DNA from: an uncultured Gemmatimonadales bacterium
GTDB lineage: Bacteria; Gemmatimonadota; Gemmatimonadetes; Gemmatimonadales; GWC2-71-9
Reading direction: 5' to 3'
Assembly: GCA_963771275.1 (NCBI GenBank)
Contig: CAVYSW010000005.1
Span: 64,001 to 128,000, forward strand
Length of the DNA stretch: 64,000 nucleotides
In this document: positions 48,847 through 58,633 of the stretch, in pieces
How the letters are laid out: each line of letters starts with the position of its first letter
Numbering within the stretch: position 1 is the first letter of the stretch
Translations under genes and position numbers: made by a program
The notes under the pieces: generated by a model
The model's input: the letters and a program-made list of their open reading frames with translations, nothing else
Told to the model about the DNA's origin: nothing
The model's database searches: none

Positions 48847-50522
48847 GGACTGCCGCCCTCCGCCGGAGCGTCCGGCAGCTCGATCACGAACGTGGTCCCG
48901 CGGCCGGGCGCCGTCTCGACCTTGAGCGCCCCGCCGAGGTCGGCGACGAGCCGCCGCACGATGGCGAGCCCGAGTCCGGTGCCGACGGGCTTGGTGGTGT
49001 AGAACGCCTCGAACGCGCGGTCCAGCTGCTCGCGGGTCATCCCGGGACCGGTGTCGGTGACGCGCAGCCGCACCCCGCCGGCCGCGGCCTCGACGCCGAG
49101 GGTGACCTGGCCGCCCGCGGGCCCGAGGCTCTCCACCGCGTTCCGCGCGAGGTTCTCCAGGATGCGGCGCACCACCAGCGGATCGGCGCGCAGCGCCAGC
49201 GGCTCGGCGGGCGCGGCGAGGGTCATGGCGGCGGCCCCGGCGGGAACGCTCGCCGCGACCTCGCGCACGATGGCGGCGACGTCGCAGCGCCGGATGTCGA
49301 GCTTGGGGTGGAGCCGCGCGTAGTTGCCCGCGAGGTCTTCGAGGTATGCGATCCCCGACTCCACCGTTGCCCGCCGCTCGGCGAAGACGGTGGGGAGCGC
49401 CCCGGGTTCCTGCTCCGCCACCTGCGTCAGATGGCGGAACACGTTGCGGATCGGCGCGAGGCCGTTCCGGATGTCGTGATTCACCTGCCGGGCCAGCTCG
49501 CCCAGGGTCGCCCGCCGCTCCACGTCCCGCAGCCGCGCGGCATCGCTCCGGAGCCGGCCGACCATCCGATCGAGCAGCCGGGCGAGCGTGCCGATCTCGT
49601 CGCGCCGCTCGCTCGCGAACGCCGTGTCGCCCCGCTCGAGATCCATCGCCTCGGCGGCGCCGGCCAGATCCTTGATCGGGCGGCTGATCCGGGCCGCGAG
49701 CCAGGCGGCAAGCGCCAGGACCGCGACGGCGGTGACGCCGAGCGCCGTGAGGAACCAGCGGTCCACGCTCGCCCGCAGCGCCGCGAGCGGCGCCAGCGGG
49801 TAGGCGACGAGCAGGCGCGCGGCCAGGACGCCGTCTGCGGCGTCGACGAACGGCACGAGCAGGGTGTCCAGCAGCGCGGGGCCCGCGGCCGCGGTGCTCC
49901 CGGTGAGTGCCGTGTCGGGCAGCTCGAGCATCACCCCGACCGCCGGATCGCGCGCGAGACCGGCGAGGAACACCGAATCCACGCGCACGCCGCCCACGAG
50001 CACGAAGCGCCGCGCCCCGACCGCGACGGAGTCCTCGCGCGCGAGGGCGAGGAACGTCCCTTCGGGCGCCCGGCCGCGCACCAGCGCGACACGGGCGCCC
50101 GTGGTCGCGAGGCCCTGGGCAATCGCCGGGTCGAGCCGGTCGAACTCATTGCGGAAGTGTCCGGAGCTGACGATACGGCCCGCGCTGTCCTGAATCTGCA
50201 GCAGGGCGAGGCCGGCGAGCCGCATGGCGCTTCCCGCGTAGTCCAGCACGTAGGCTCGCTCGGCCGCGATGCCTTGCACGGCGCCAAGGCGAAAGCGGTT
50301 GTCGTCGGGAATCGTCATCCGAAGCGCGGCGAGCCGCGCGGCCACGGCGTCGCTCTGGCGCTGGAGATCCCCCGCGATGATCTCCGCCAGCGAGGTCACG
50401 CGCCGCTGATACTGCGCGGTGAGCCGGGCCCCCACCTCCCGGCGGATCCCCACCGCGAGAATCACCAGGGGAATGGCCGCCGTCGCTGCGAACGCGAGCA
50501 GCAGGCGCGTGCGGAACGTCAT
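48843..50522 (-). CDS. HAMP-domain sensor histidine kinase (NtrY-like)
   Basis: Two TM helices, HAMP (RRDEIGTLA), H-box LARQVNHDIRNGLAPI, NLARNAVES, DTGPGM, GTGLGL. Confidence 0.92.
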   Translation of the reverse strand: MTFRTRLLLAFAATAAIPLVILAVGIRREVGARLTAQYQRRVTSLAEIIAGDLQRQSDAVAARLAALRMTIPDDNRFRLGAVQGIAAERAYVLDYAGSAMRLAGLALLQIQDSAGRIVSSGHFRNEFDRLDPAIAQGLATTGARVALVRGRAPEGTFLALAREDSVAVGARRFVLVGGVRVDSVFLAGLARDPAVGVMLELPDTALTGSTAAAGPALLDTLLVPFVDAADGVLAARLLVAYPLAPLAALRASVDRWFLTALGVTAVAVLALAAWLAARISRPIKDLAGAAEAMDLERGDTAFASERRDEIGTLARLLDRMVGRLRSDAARLRDVERRATLGELARQVNHDIRNGLAPIRNVFRHLTQVAEQEPGALPTVFAERRATVESGIAYLEDLAGNYARLHPKLDIRRCDVAAIVREVAASVPAGAAAMTLAAPAEPLALRADPLVVRRILENLARNAVESLGPAGGQVTLGVEAAAGGVRLRVTDTGPGMTREQLDRAFEAFYTTKPVGTGLGLAIVRRLVADLGGALKVETAPGRGTTFVIELPDAPAEGGSP

Positions 50523-51886
50523 CGGCCGCCGCCGTCGAGCTGGGGCACGAGCCGGATGCCGCCGTCGCGGTCGGCCTGGGCGGATACCGTCCCGCGCAGC
50601 AGCAAGGAGCCGCGGGTCTCGACCAGCGGCACCGGGGCACCGGGCGGCAGCGCCCCCTCCGGCGCGGCGAGCCACGGGGCGCGCAGCAGCAGCGCCGCCA
50701 CGGCGCGACACGGGTCCGGCGGCGCGCTCGGCAGCGACACGATGAACGCGAGGTCGCGGCCCGCCACGAGCGCGGCGGCAAACGCCGCGGGATCGAGACC
50801 GGCCGTGCGCGGCGCGAGGGGCGGGCTCGCGCCGACCAATGCCGCGAGCTCGACGTCGGCCCGCGCCACCAGCCGGTCGGCGAGATCGCGGGCCACGGCG
50901 TCGTCGCGCGAGAACACCACGCGCGGGACGAGCGGCCCCGATCGCGGCGCGGCGGGGGGCGCAGCGCATCCCGGGACCGCCCACCAGGCCGGCTCCTCCG
51001 GCGCGCGCGCGTCCACCCGGACGGCGTCCCGCGCCAGCGCGAGGCGGTCCTGGCGCTCGAGCTGGGCCGTGACGCCCAGCGCCAGGCGGGCCGGGGAGAG
51101 GAGCACCGCGACGCGGTCCCAGGGCAGGGGCACGGCGCGCCAGTCCCCCCGGCCTGCCGCGTAGCGCTGCACGGCGGGATCCCGCGCGACGAGCACGTCC
51201 GCGTCGCCGTCCAGCAGATCCCGCGGATCGGCGCCGAGGGCGGCCCGGAACTCGAGCACCGGCGTGCCCGCGGGCGCCGCGGGAACGGGCTGGGCGCGCA
51301 GCACCGAGTCCGATCCGCTCCGGGTCCACTCGCGGAGCCAGACGGCGCCGGTGCCGATTGGCCACGCGGACTCGGGGATCCGCTTGACGACGCTCCAGGC
51401 GGCGTCGGCGAAGCTCTCGATGGTGCGCGGCGCGACGAGCGAGACGACGACGGTGCCGGCGTCGGTTGCGCGCACGTCGCGCAGCGGGAGCGTGGTGTCG
51501 TTGCGCCAGCTCGCGAGCAGCGCGGCGGCCTCCACGGGCGTGCCGTCCCAGAACTTCGCGCCGGGTCGCAGCGCGAATGTCCAACGCGTGCCCCCGTCGT
51601 CCGACTGCCATCGTGCGGCGAGTCCGGGCCGAGGAACCCCCGCGCAGTCCACGCGCACGGGCGTCTCGTACAGCTGGCGGAACACGAGGCGCTCGGCGTC
51701 GTTGGTCGGGACGGGCGCATGATCGGGCGCGACCGGATCGCGCAAGGCCACCCGGACCGTATCGTGGTCGCTGTGGGGACCGCCCAGCGTGCACGGGTCT
51801 GCCGGCGCGGGCGTGACAGGGGAGGGTGCCGTCCGCGCACAGCTCGCCAGCACGAGGGCGTAGAGCGCGCCGCGGCTCCATGACAT
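50519..51886 (-). CDS. Lipoprotein with family 5 (oligopeptide-type) solute-binding domain
   Basis: LASC lipobox, QLYETPVRVD..PGLAARW..WTFALRPGAKFWDGTPV; ATGA overlap with the kinase gene. Confidence 0.75.
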   Translation of the reverse strand: MSWSRGALYALVLASCARTAPSPVTPAPADPCTLGGPHSDHDTVRVALRDPVAPDHAPVPTNDAERLVFRQLYETPVRVDCAGVPRPGLAARWQSDDGGTRWTFALRPGAKFWDGTPVEAAALLASWRNDTTLPLRDVRATDAGTVVVSLVAPRTIESFADAAWSVVKRIPESAWPIGTGAVWLREWTRSGSDSVLRAQPVPAAPAGTPVLEFRAALGADPRDLLDGDADVLVARDPAVQRYAAGRGDWRAVPLPWDRVAVLLSPARLALGVTAQLERQDRLALARDAVRVDARAPEEPAWWAVPGCAAPPAAPRSGPLVPRVVFSRDDAVARDLADRLVARADVELAALVGASPPLAPRTAGLDPAAFAAALVAGRDLAFIVSLPSAPPDPCRAVAALLLRAPWLAAPEGALPPGAPVPLVETRGSLLLRGTVSAQADRDGGIRLVPQLDGGGR

Positions 51887-52009
51887 TCGCGTTCGCACGC
51901 CATCAATCTACCCGCGGGCGGCGCCGGTGGGCGGCACGCCGCGATTGCGACCGCGTGGCCGCGACGCTACCGTTTGGGACTTCGCACCCCACCATTCCGG
52001 AGGAGATCC

Positions 52010-53581
52010 ATGCGGACCGGACGAATTGTCACGACGCTGACGGCCATTGGAGCCCTGATGTTGCACGTGCCTCCCGTGGCGGCGCAGGGAGCCCGCGGCG
52101 CCCCTCCAGGTGCCGCCGCTGCCGCCCCGGCCGCCCCCGCCCTCAGCAAGGCGGGCAAGGAAGCGGACCTGCTGCCGAACGACCCCGTCGTGACCCAGCA
52201 CAGCGCGCGGATCAACGGGCAGGCGGTGAGCTACACGGCCGAGGCCGGCTGGCTCCCGATCCGGGAGGACGGGAAGGTCACCGCGAAGATGTTCTATGTG
52301 GCCTACACCAAGAACGGGGTCCAGGACCCGAGCACGCGGCCGCTGCTCTTCTCGTTCAACGGCGGGCCCGGCACGGCCTCGGTCTGGATGCACATGGGGT
52401 ACACGGGCCCAAGGCGCGTGGTGTACGACGACGACGGCTTCGCGCTGCGGCCGCCGGGCGGGCTGGAGGACAACCCGCACTCGGTGCTCGACGCGGCGGA
52501 CATCGTGTACATCGATCCCGTCGCCACGGGATTCAGCCGGATGGTGGAGGGCGAGGATCTCCACAAGTATCACGGCACGCTCAGCGACATTCAGTCGGTG
52601 GCCGAGTTCATCCGGCTGTATCTCCTGAAGAAGGACCGGTGGGCGTCGCCCAAGTTCGTGATCGGCGAGAGCTATGGAACGACTCGGGCATCGGGGCTCG
52701 CCGGCTATCTGCTCAGTCGGCACCAGATCTACCTGAACGGCGTCATTCTGGTCTCGATGACCGACTTGAACGTGGAGCGCGGTCCCGACGTCGCCTTCGC
52801 CATGGCATTGCCGCAGCGCACCGCGACGGCGTGGTACCATCACCAGCTCCCCGCCGACCTCCAGGCGCGTCCGCTGCGGGAGGTGCTGAATGACGTCGAG
52901 CCGTTCGCGATGGGCGACTACCTCGAGGCGCTCGTCAAGGGCGACCGGCTGACCGATGCCGAGCGTGCCACCATGGCGCAGCGGGTCGCGCGGTACACGG
53001 GACTCACCGCGGAGTACGTGCTCTCCGCCAACCTGCGGATCGACGCGCGGCGCTTCTGGAAAGAGCTGCTGCGGGATCAGCGGCTCACCGTCGGGCGGCT
53101 CGACAGCCGCTACCTCGGCGTGGACCAGGACGCCGCCGGCGAGAACCCCGAGTACGATCCCGCGATGGCGGACTGGAACGGCCCGTTCTCCAACGCGGTG
53201 AACCGCTATTTCCGGGAAGAGCTGCGCTACAATCCCGACCTCGAGTACAACGTGTGGGGCCCGGTCCGGCCGTGGAACCGCGACGCCACGACCAACGTCG
53301 GCGACATGTTGCGGCAGGCGATGCAGGGGAACCCGTATCTCAAGGTCATGGTCCAGGGCGGCTACTTCGACGCCGCTACGGACTACTTCAGCGCGATGTA
53401 CACCATCTCGCACCTCCAGCCCGGCGGCGAGTTCCGGGACCGCTTCCGATTCCGGTTCTACGAGAGCGGGCACATGATGTATCTCCGCAGGCCCGATCTC
53501 GGCGCCGCGAACGGCGACCTGCGCGACTTCATCCGCTGGTGTCTGGAGGATCTGCCCGTCCATCCGCTGCACGCGAAGTAG
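52010..53581 (+). CDS. S10 family serine carboxypeptidase, secreted
   Basis: FSFNGGPG, DIVYIDPVATGFS, GESYGTTR, GYFDAAT, YESGHMMY; GGAGGAG RBS. Confidence 0.92.
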   Translation: MRTGRIVTTLTAIGALMLHVPPVAAQGARGAPPGAAAAAPAAPALSKAGKEADLLPNDPVVTQHSARINGQAVSYTAEAGWLPIREDGKVTAKMFYVAYTKNGVQDPSTRPLLFSFNGGPGTASVWMHMGYTGPRRVVYDDDGFALRPPGGLEDNPHSVLDAADIVYIDPVATGFSRMVEGEDLHKYHGTLSDIQSVAEFIRLYLLKKDRWASPKFVIGESYGTTRASGLAGYLLSRHQIYLNGVILVSMTDLNVERGPDVAFAMALPQRTATAWYHHQLPADLQARPLREVLNDVEPFAMGDYLEALVKGDRLTDAERATMAQRVARYTGLTAEYVLSANLRIDARRFWKELLRDQRLTVGRLDSRYLGVDQDAAGENPEYDPAMADWNGPFSNAVNRYFREELRYNPDLEYNVWGPVRPWNRDATTNVGDMLRQAMQGNPYLKVMVQGGYFDAATDYFSAMYTISHLQPGGEFRDRFRFRFYESGHMMYLRRPDLGAANGDLRDFIRWCLEDLPVHPLHAK

Positions 53582-53630
53582 ACGGCACGGCGTGGCGAGT
53601 GGGGGGCGGGTCGTGCCGCCGCCCCCCCCG

Positions 53631-54737
53631 TCATTGCGCGGCTGGCACCACCCCGTTCACGATCACGTCGAGCACGGCGGTTTCAAGCGCGTCGACCGCC
53701 GCCGGATCGCCGATCCCCGGCCAATCGGTGGTGGCCACCACGACGAGGTCCAGCGCCGGGGCCACGTAGATGAACTGGCCGCCGTAGCCCCACGCGAAGT
53801 AGGCGCCGTCACCCGGCGTGTCCAACACCCACCAGAGGTATCCGTAGGTCAGCTCGCTCACGGGGCCGAAGCTCCGGCGCCAGGCGTAGTACGGCTCCGT
53901 GGCGCGCGTCACCCAAGCGGTCGGCACGATCTGGCGGTCGCCGCTCCGGCCCCGCTGCAGGAACAGTTGTCCCAACCGCAGCAGGTCCTGCGCGGGCAGA
54001 TCGATCCCCGCACCCCCGTTCACCGTCCCGGGATCGAGTGGCTCCCACTGGACCGCGTGAATGCCGAGCGGCGTGAACAGGTAACGGTCCGCGAACACCG
54101 GCAGGCTCAAACCGGTGGCGTGCTCCAGGAGCACGCCGAGCATGTGCACGGCGCCTGAATTGTAGGCGAAGGTGGTCCCTGGGGGAGCGGCGTTGGGCAG
54201 ATCCAGCACGAACTGCACGTGGTCGCCGGTCGTCGAGAGCCAGCGATTGTACTCCGTACTGGTCTCGTTCCATTGGTACCCGGACGACATGGTCAGCAGG
54301 TCTCGGACGGTGACCGCGCTGTCGGACGCGTCGAGCCGGTAGTCGGCACCGAGGTAGGCGGCGATCGTGGTGTCGAGATTCGGCAGGGAGCCGCGCAGCT
54401 GGGCGATGCCCGCGAGCGTCGACACGATGCTCTTGGTCACCGAGCGCACGTCGTTCAGCGTCCCCCGATCGACACCCGAGAAGTACCGCTCCAGCACCAG
54501 GCCTCCCCGGCGCGCGACGAGCAACGCATGGAACCTGGGAAGCGCCGCCGCCTGGGCCGCGGCCTGGTCGAGCTGGGCACTGTCCATGGCGACGTCGGCG
54601 GGGCTGACGTCCGTCCATGGGTCCGAGATGTCGATCGTGCCCCCGGGCGCAGACGCATCGGAGCACGCTGCGAGCGCGACGAGAAGCAGCGCCTCAGCCG
54701 CGGCGCAGGCGGCGCGATTCAGTTGGTGCGAGCGCAT
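53631..54737 (-). CDS. Serine hydrolase, beta-lactamase class C / NylB-like lipoprotein
   Basis: LAAC lipobox, SVTKS (SxxK), LLTMSSG, FAYNS, YGYLWW, AWGYGGQ. Confidence 0.88.
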   Translation of the reverse strand: MRSHQLNRAACAAAEALLLVALAACSDASAPGGTIDISDPWTDVSPADVAMDSAQLDQAAAQAAALPRFHALLVARRGGLVLERYFSGVDRGTLNDVRSVTKSIVSTLAGIAQLRGSLPNLDTTIAAYLGADYRLDASDSAVTVRDLLTMSSGYQWNETSTEYNRWLSTTGDHVQFVLDLPNAAPPGTTFAYNSGAVHMLGVLLEHATGLSLPVFADRYLFTPLGIHAVQWEPLDPGTVNGGAGIDLPAQDLLRLGQLFLQRGRSGDRQIVPTAWVTRATEPYYAWRRSFGPVSELTYGYLWWVLDTPGDGAYFAWGYGGQFIYVAPALDLVVVATTDWPGIGDPAAVDALETAVLDVIVNGVVPAAQ

Positions 54738-54774
54738 GGTCGGAGCTACCCCCCCCAGCCACCCGGCCGTCCGG

Positions 54775-54793
54775 AAATGTGATCTATCTCACA
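54775..54793. promoter_or_regulatory. CRP/FNR-family binding site
   Basis: AAA-TGTGA-TCTATC-TCACA, matching TGTGA-N6-TCACA, between divergent genes. Confidence 0.7.
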
Positions 54794-54862
54794 CGCGACC
54801 GGCATGGTTCGTGCGTTTTGTGCGGTCGGACACAACACCACATCCTAACGGGACAAGGACAC

Positions 54863-56170
54863 GTGCATAACATACTTCGGGCGGTGCCGAATCACCGTAT
54901 GCCGTTGCGAGTGCTGCTCTTGGGTGGCGCTCTGGTGGCACTCGGCTGCGCGGACGCCAACGTGGCGGCGCCGCCGGACCTGCCGCAGGCAGGCCGCATC
55001 CGCGTACAGAACGACGAGTCGGTGTTGCGCGGGCGGGTGCGCGTGGTGGCGGAGCCGCTGACCATCAGCCCGGTGGGCCCGGCGGCGAGTGTGATGGCGG
55101 GAGGCCCGGCAGGTGGCTCCGACGATAGCTTCTCGCTCGCGCTCATCGCCGAGGTCGCGCCGCCGGAGCTGGACGGCATCCGGCTGCAGGCGTCCCACAG
55201 CCTGATTCAGGGCTCGCGGGCGTACGTCACTTACAATGTGCAGGGGCCGGTGCGCAAGGGCGGCGTGGACGTGTTCGACGTCAGCCATCCCGAGTCGGTG
55301 GAGCTGGTCTCGTCGGCGCTGTTCACCGATACGGACGTGAGCGCCGCCGACCTGCACGGCGCGTCGGACCTGTACCTCGCGACCGCGACCGACGACCCTG
55401 CGTTCGCGGAGCCCGCGGTGCTGGAGGTCGTGGAGCTGCACGGCGGGCAGCTCACCACCTCGTCACGCCGCGTGGGTCTTCCGTCGTACGCCGGGACCGG
55501 GGTGCGGGTGCAGGGTGGTACCGTGTACGTCACGTCCGGGACCGGGGGCGATCCGGTGGGCGGGCTGTCGGTGTTCGACCGCACGACCCTGGAACTCGCG
55601 GCGTTCGATCCGTTCGAGGACGCGCGCGCGGTCGACGTGCAGGGCGGGCTCGTGGTGGCGTTGCGCGGGACACCGGGCGAGCTGCGGGTGTACGATGGGC
55701 CGGGCACGACCTTCGTGCGGAGCTTCGCGTCCGGCGGCGCAAACGTCCCCGAATCGAAGGGCACGGTATCGATCGCCAAGCCGTGTGTGTTCTACGCGGC
55801 CGGCGACGCGGGGCTGCGGGTGGTGGATCTCGAGACCGGGAGCACGGTGGTGACGCTGCCGGTGCCGGACGTCGAGGGCGTCGCGCTGGAAGACGAGGTC
55901 ACTAATGGCGCGTCGATCAGCGGCGACCTCGTGTTCATCGCCAACGGCGGGGCAGGCCTGTTCGTCGCTCGGGCGTCCCGCAGCTTCGACGACGGCTCCG
56001 GTGACGCCAGCGGCGGTGCCCAGTGCAACTCGTGTGACGTCACGCTCGAGCTGCTGGGGCAGGTCCGGTTCCCCGGAGACGAGTCCGCCAACTACGTCGC
56101 GAGCCGTGGCAATCTGCTCTTCGTGGCCCACGGGCTGGGTGGGCTGAGCATCCTCAAGATTCAGCGGTAG
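54863..56170 (+). CDS. LVIVD-repeat-like beta-propeller lipoprotein
   Basis: ALGC lipobox; repeats GGVDVFDVSHP, AGLRVVDL, VFIANGGAGLFV, LFVAHGLGGLSIL; start is GTG 54863 (AAGGA RBS) or ATG 54899. Confidence 0.75.
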   Translation: MHNILRAVPNHRMPLRVLLLGGALVALGCADANVAAPPDLPQAGRIRVQNDESVLRGRVRVVAEPLTISPVGPAASVMAGGPAGGSDDSFSLALIAEVAPPELDGIRLQASHSLIQGSRAYVTYNVQGPVRKGGVDVFDVSHPESVELVSSALFTDTDVSAADLHGASDLYLATATDDPAFAEPAVLEVVELHGGQLTTSSRRVGLPSYAGTGVRVQGGTVYVTSGTGGDPVGGLSVFDRTTLELAAFDPFEDARAVDVQGGLVVALRGTPGELRVYDGPGTTFVRSFASGGANVPESKGTVSIAKPCVFYAAGDAGLRVVDLETGSTVVTLPVPDVEGVALEDEVTNGASISGDLVFIANGGAGLFVARASRSFDDGSGDASGGAQCNSCDVTLELLGQVRFPGDESANYVASRGNLLFVAHGLGGLSILKIQR

Positions 56171-56200
56171 ACCGGGAGCGGAGTCGCGTCGACGTAGGGC

Positions 56201-56259
56201 ACCGCAGAGACCGCAGCGTTTGCGGGTAGTACCTCTGCGAGCTCCGCGTGCTCTGCGGT
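56201..56259. repeat. REP-like intergenic palindromic element
   Basis: ACCGCAGAG..CTCTGCGGT arms with 9-nt periodic subunits (ctctgcgag ctccgcgtg ctctgcggt). Confidence 0.55.
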
Positions 56260-56341
56260 CCGCGTTGGCCGACGCAGTCACCGACCACCGCGGTGCGCGT
56301 CCGCCGTGCGTCCGCTCCTTTCGCGCGGCATATTCGTTCGC

Positions 56342-57382
56342 ATGTCCTCCCATGACCAGACCGCGCCCCGGACCGATGCGGAGCTCGACGAGCTCCTGTC
56401 GCGGCCGACGCCGGCGGACGTCGCGGCCCTCGCCGGGCTCGACGGTGACCTCCTCATTCTCGGTGCCGGTGGGAAGATGGGGCCGAGCCTCGCGCGGCTC
56501 GCGCGGCGCGCGAGCGACGAGGCGGGTGTGCGTCGCCGAGTCGTCGCCGTCTCGCGGTTCCAGACACCCGGGCTCGCCGAGGCGCTGATCGCACACGGGG
56601 TCGAGACGATCGCCTGCGATCTCCTCGATGCCCACGCGTTGGCGGGCCTGCCGGACACGCCGAACGTCGTGTTGCTGGCCGGCCAGAAGTTCGGCACCGC
56701 CGGCGACCCCGGCTCGACCTGGGCCCTGAACGCGTTCCTGCCCGCGGCGGTGATCCGACGCTTTCCGGCCGCGCGAATCGCGGTCTTCTCGACCGGGAAC
56801 GTCTACCCGCTCGTTCCCGTCACGGGAGCCGGCGCGACCGAGGATGATCCCGTGGGCCCGATCGGCGAGTACGCGCAATCGGCGCTCGCGCGGGAGCGGC
56901 TGGTGACGTTCTTCGGCACGCGACAGCGGACGCGGGTCGCGCTGCTCCGGCTCAACTACGCGGTGGAGCTGCGCTACGGTGTGCTGCGGGACCTGGCGGA
57001 CCGGGTCGCGGGCCGGCAGCCGATCGATCTCACCATGGGCTGGGTGAACGTGATCTGGCAGCGTGACGCCAACGCGGTGGCGCTCCGCGTCCTCGCGCGC
57101 GCTGCCGTCCCGCCGCTCGTGCTCAACGTCACGGGTCCGGAGAAGCTCGGCGTGCGGGATCTGGCCACGCGGCTCGGCGAGCGGCTCGGCGTGTCGCCGG
57201 TGTTCGCGGGGCGTGAAGCCGAGACGGCGCTGCTGAGTGACGTGTCGCGCTGCCGCGCGATGTTCGGGCCGTCTGTTGTGGATGCTGCGACGGCCCTCGA
57301 GTGGGTTGCCGAGTGGGTGGGCCGCGGCGGTGGCTCGTTCGGCAGGCCCACCCATTTCGACGAGCGCGGGGGACGCTTCTGA
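56342..57382 (+). CDS. NAD-dependent epimerase/dehydratase family protein
   Basis: LILGAGGKMG, AGQKFG, FSTGNVYP, GEYAQS, RLNYA, NVIWQRDAN. Confidence 0.88.
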   Translation: MSSHDQTAPRTDAELDELLSRPTPADVAALAGLDGDLLILGAGGKMGPSLARLARRASDEAGVRRRVVAVSRFQTPGLAEALIAHGVETIACDLLDAHALAGLPDTPNVVLLAGQKFGTAGDPGSTWALNAFLPAAVIRRFPAARIAVFSTGNVYPLVPVTGAGATEDDPVGPIGEYAQSALARERLVTFFGTRQRTRVALLRLNYAVELRYGVLRDLADRVAGRQPIDLTMGWVNVIWQRDANAVALRVLARAAVPPLVLNVTGPEKLGVRDLATRLGERLGVSPVFAGREAETALLSDVSRCRAMFGPSVVDAATALEWVAEWVGRGGGSFGRPTHFDERGGRF

Positions 57383-58431
57383 ACGCGGCAGAGGTCCGCG
57401 CCCGGCTGCTCGAGGGGGTGGTGATCCCGGCTCATCCCCTGGCGCTCACCGCGCGGCGGAGGCTCGACGAGCGGCGCCAGCGCGCGCTCACGCGGTACTA
57501 CGTGGACGCCGGGGCGGGGGGCCTCGCCGTCGGCGTCCACACGACGCAGTTCGCGATCCGGGATCCGGCCGTCGGGCTGCTCGAGCCGGTGCTGGCGCTG
57601 GCCCGTGAGACGGGTGACGCCTGGCAGCCGCCGGGCGCAACGCCGCTCGTGTACATCGCGGGGGTCGTAGGCGACACGGGGCAGGCGACCGCGGAGGCGG
57701 CGCTCGCCGCGCGGCTCGGCTATCACGTGGCGCTCGTCTCGCTCGGCGGGCTCGACGACTGGCCGGTGGCCCGCCTGGTCGGTCACATGCGCGCGGTCGG
57801 CGAGGTCCTGCCGGTCATGGGCTTCTACCTCCAGCCTGCAGTGGGCGGCCGCGACCTGCCGTACCGCTTCTGGCGTGCGCTGGCGGAGGTGGAGAGCCTG
57901 GTCGGCATCAAGATCGCGCCGTTCGATCGCGAGCGGACGGCCGAGGTCGTGCGGGCGGTGTGGGACGCGGGTCGCGCGGGCGAGGTGGCGCTCTACACGG
58001 GGAACGACGACCACCTCGTGCTCGATCTCCTGACGCCGTTCCGGTTCGGGGAGGGCCCCCCCGTGTATCTGGTGGGCGGGTTGCTTGGCCAGTGGGCCGT
58101 GTGGACGCGCCGCGCGGTGGCGCTGCACGCCCAGTGCCGACGTGCCGTGCGGAGCGGCAAGTCACTGCCGGCGGCGCTGCTGGCGCTGGCGGCGCACCTC
58201 ACGGATGCCAACGCCGCGATCTTCGACGCGGCGCACCGGTACGCCGGGTGCCTGCCCGGCATTCACGAGGTGCTGCGGCGACAGGGATTGCTGGTCGGAA
58301 CGTGGTGTCTGCGAGAGGCCGAGTCGCTCTCACCCGGCCAGCTGGCCGAGATCGATCGGGTGCGGGCGGCGTACCCGCATCTCGCGGACGATGCGTTCGT
58401 GGCGGAGCACCGGGACCGCTGGCTGGGGTGA
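57379..58431 (+). CDS. Dihydrodipicolinate synthase-like (class I aldolase) family protein
   Basis: VIPAHPLAL, AVGVHTTQF, GFYLQPAVGG, GIKIAPF (Schiff-base Lys), LYTGNDD; start uncertain (CTG 57379 or GTG 57418). Confidence 0.85.
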   Translation: MNAAEVRARLLEGVVIPAHPLALTARRRLDERRQRALTRYYVDAGAGGLAVGVHTTQFAIRDPAVGLLEPVLALARETGDAWQPPGATPLVYIAGVVGDTGQATAEAALAARLGYHVALVSLGGLDDWPVARLVGHMRAVGEVLPVMGFYLQPAVGGRDLPYRFWRALAEVESLVGIKIAPFDRERTAEVVRAVWDAGRAGEVALYTGNDDHLVLDLLTPFRFGEGPPVYLVGGLLGQWAVWTRRAVALHAQCRRAVRSGKSLPAALLALAAHLTDANAAIFDAAHRYAGCLPGIHEVLRRQGLLVGTWCLREAESLSPGQLAEIDRVRAAYPHLADDAFVAEHRDRWLG

Positions 58432-58633
58432 GGATGAGATCAATGCCCGGCCTTGGCGACGAGGGTGTGCCTAGGGGGCACCTCGGTTGTTCTGGTTGGG
58501 GAGGGGGATTGGTCCCAGGCTAAAGCCCACGCTCGACAGCGGAAGCGCGTCTTGCCGGACGCCGCCCGGCGCGCGTCTGGCGAATGGGACCTTCGGGGTG
58601 CAGGTTACCGGTGAGTGAATCCCTGAGGATCTC

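Noticed and set aside
53631..54737. Antibiotic-resistance beta-lactamase (and VanY-type resistance for the M15 gene)
   Set aside because: Motifs fit the broad serine hydrolase/NylB-like group and housekeeping M15 enzymes; no resistance-cluster context.
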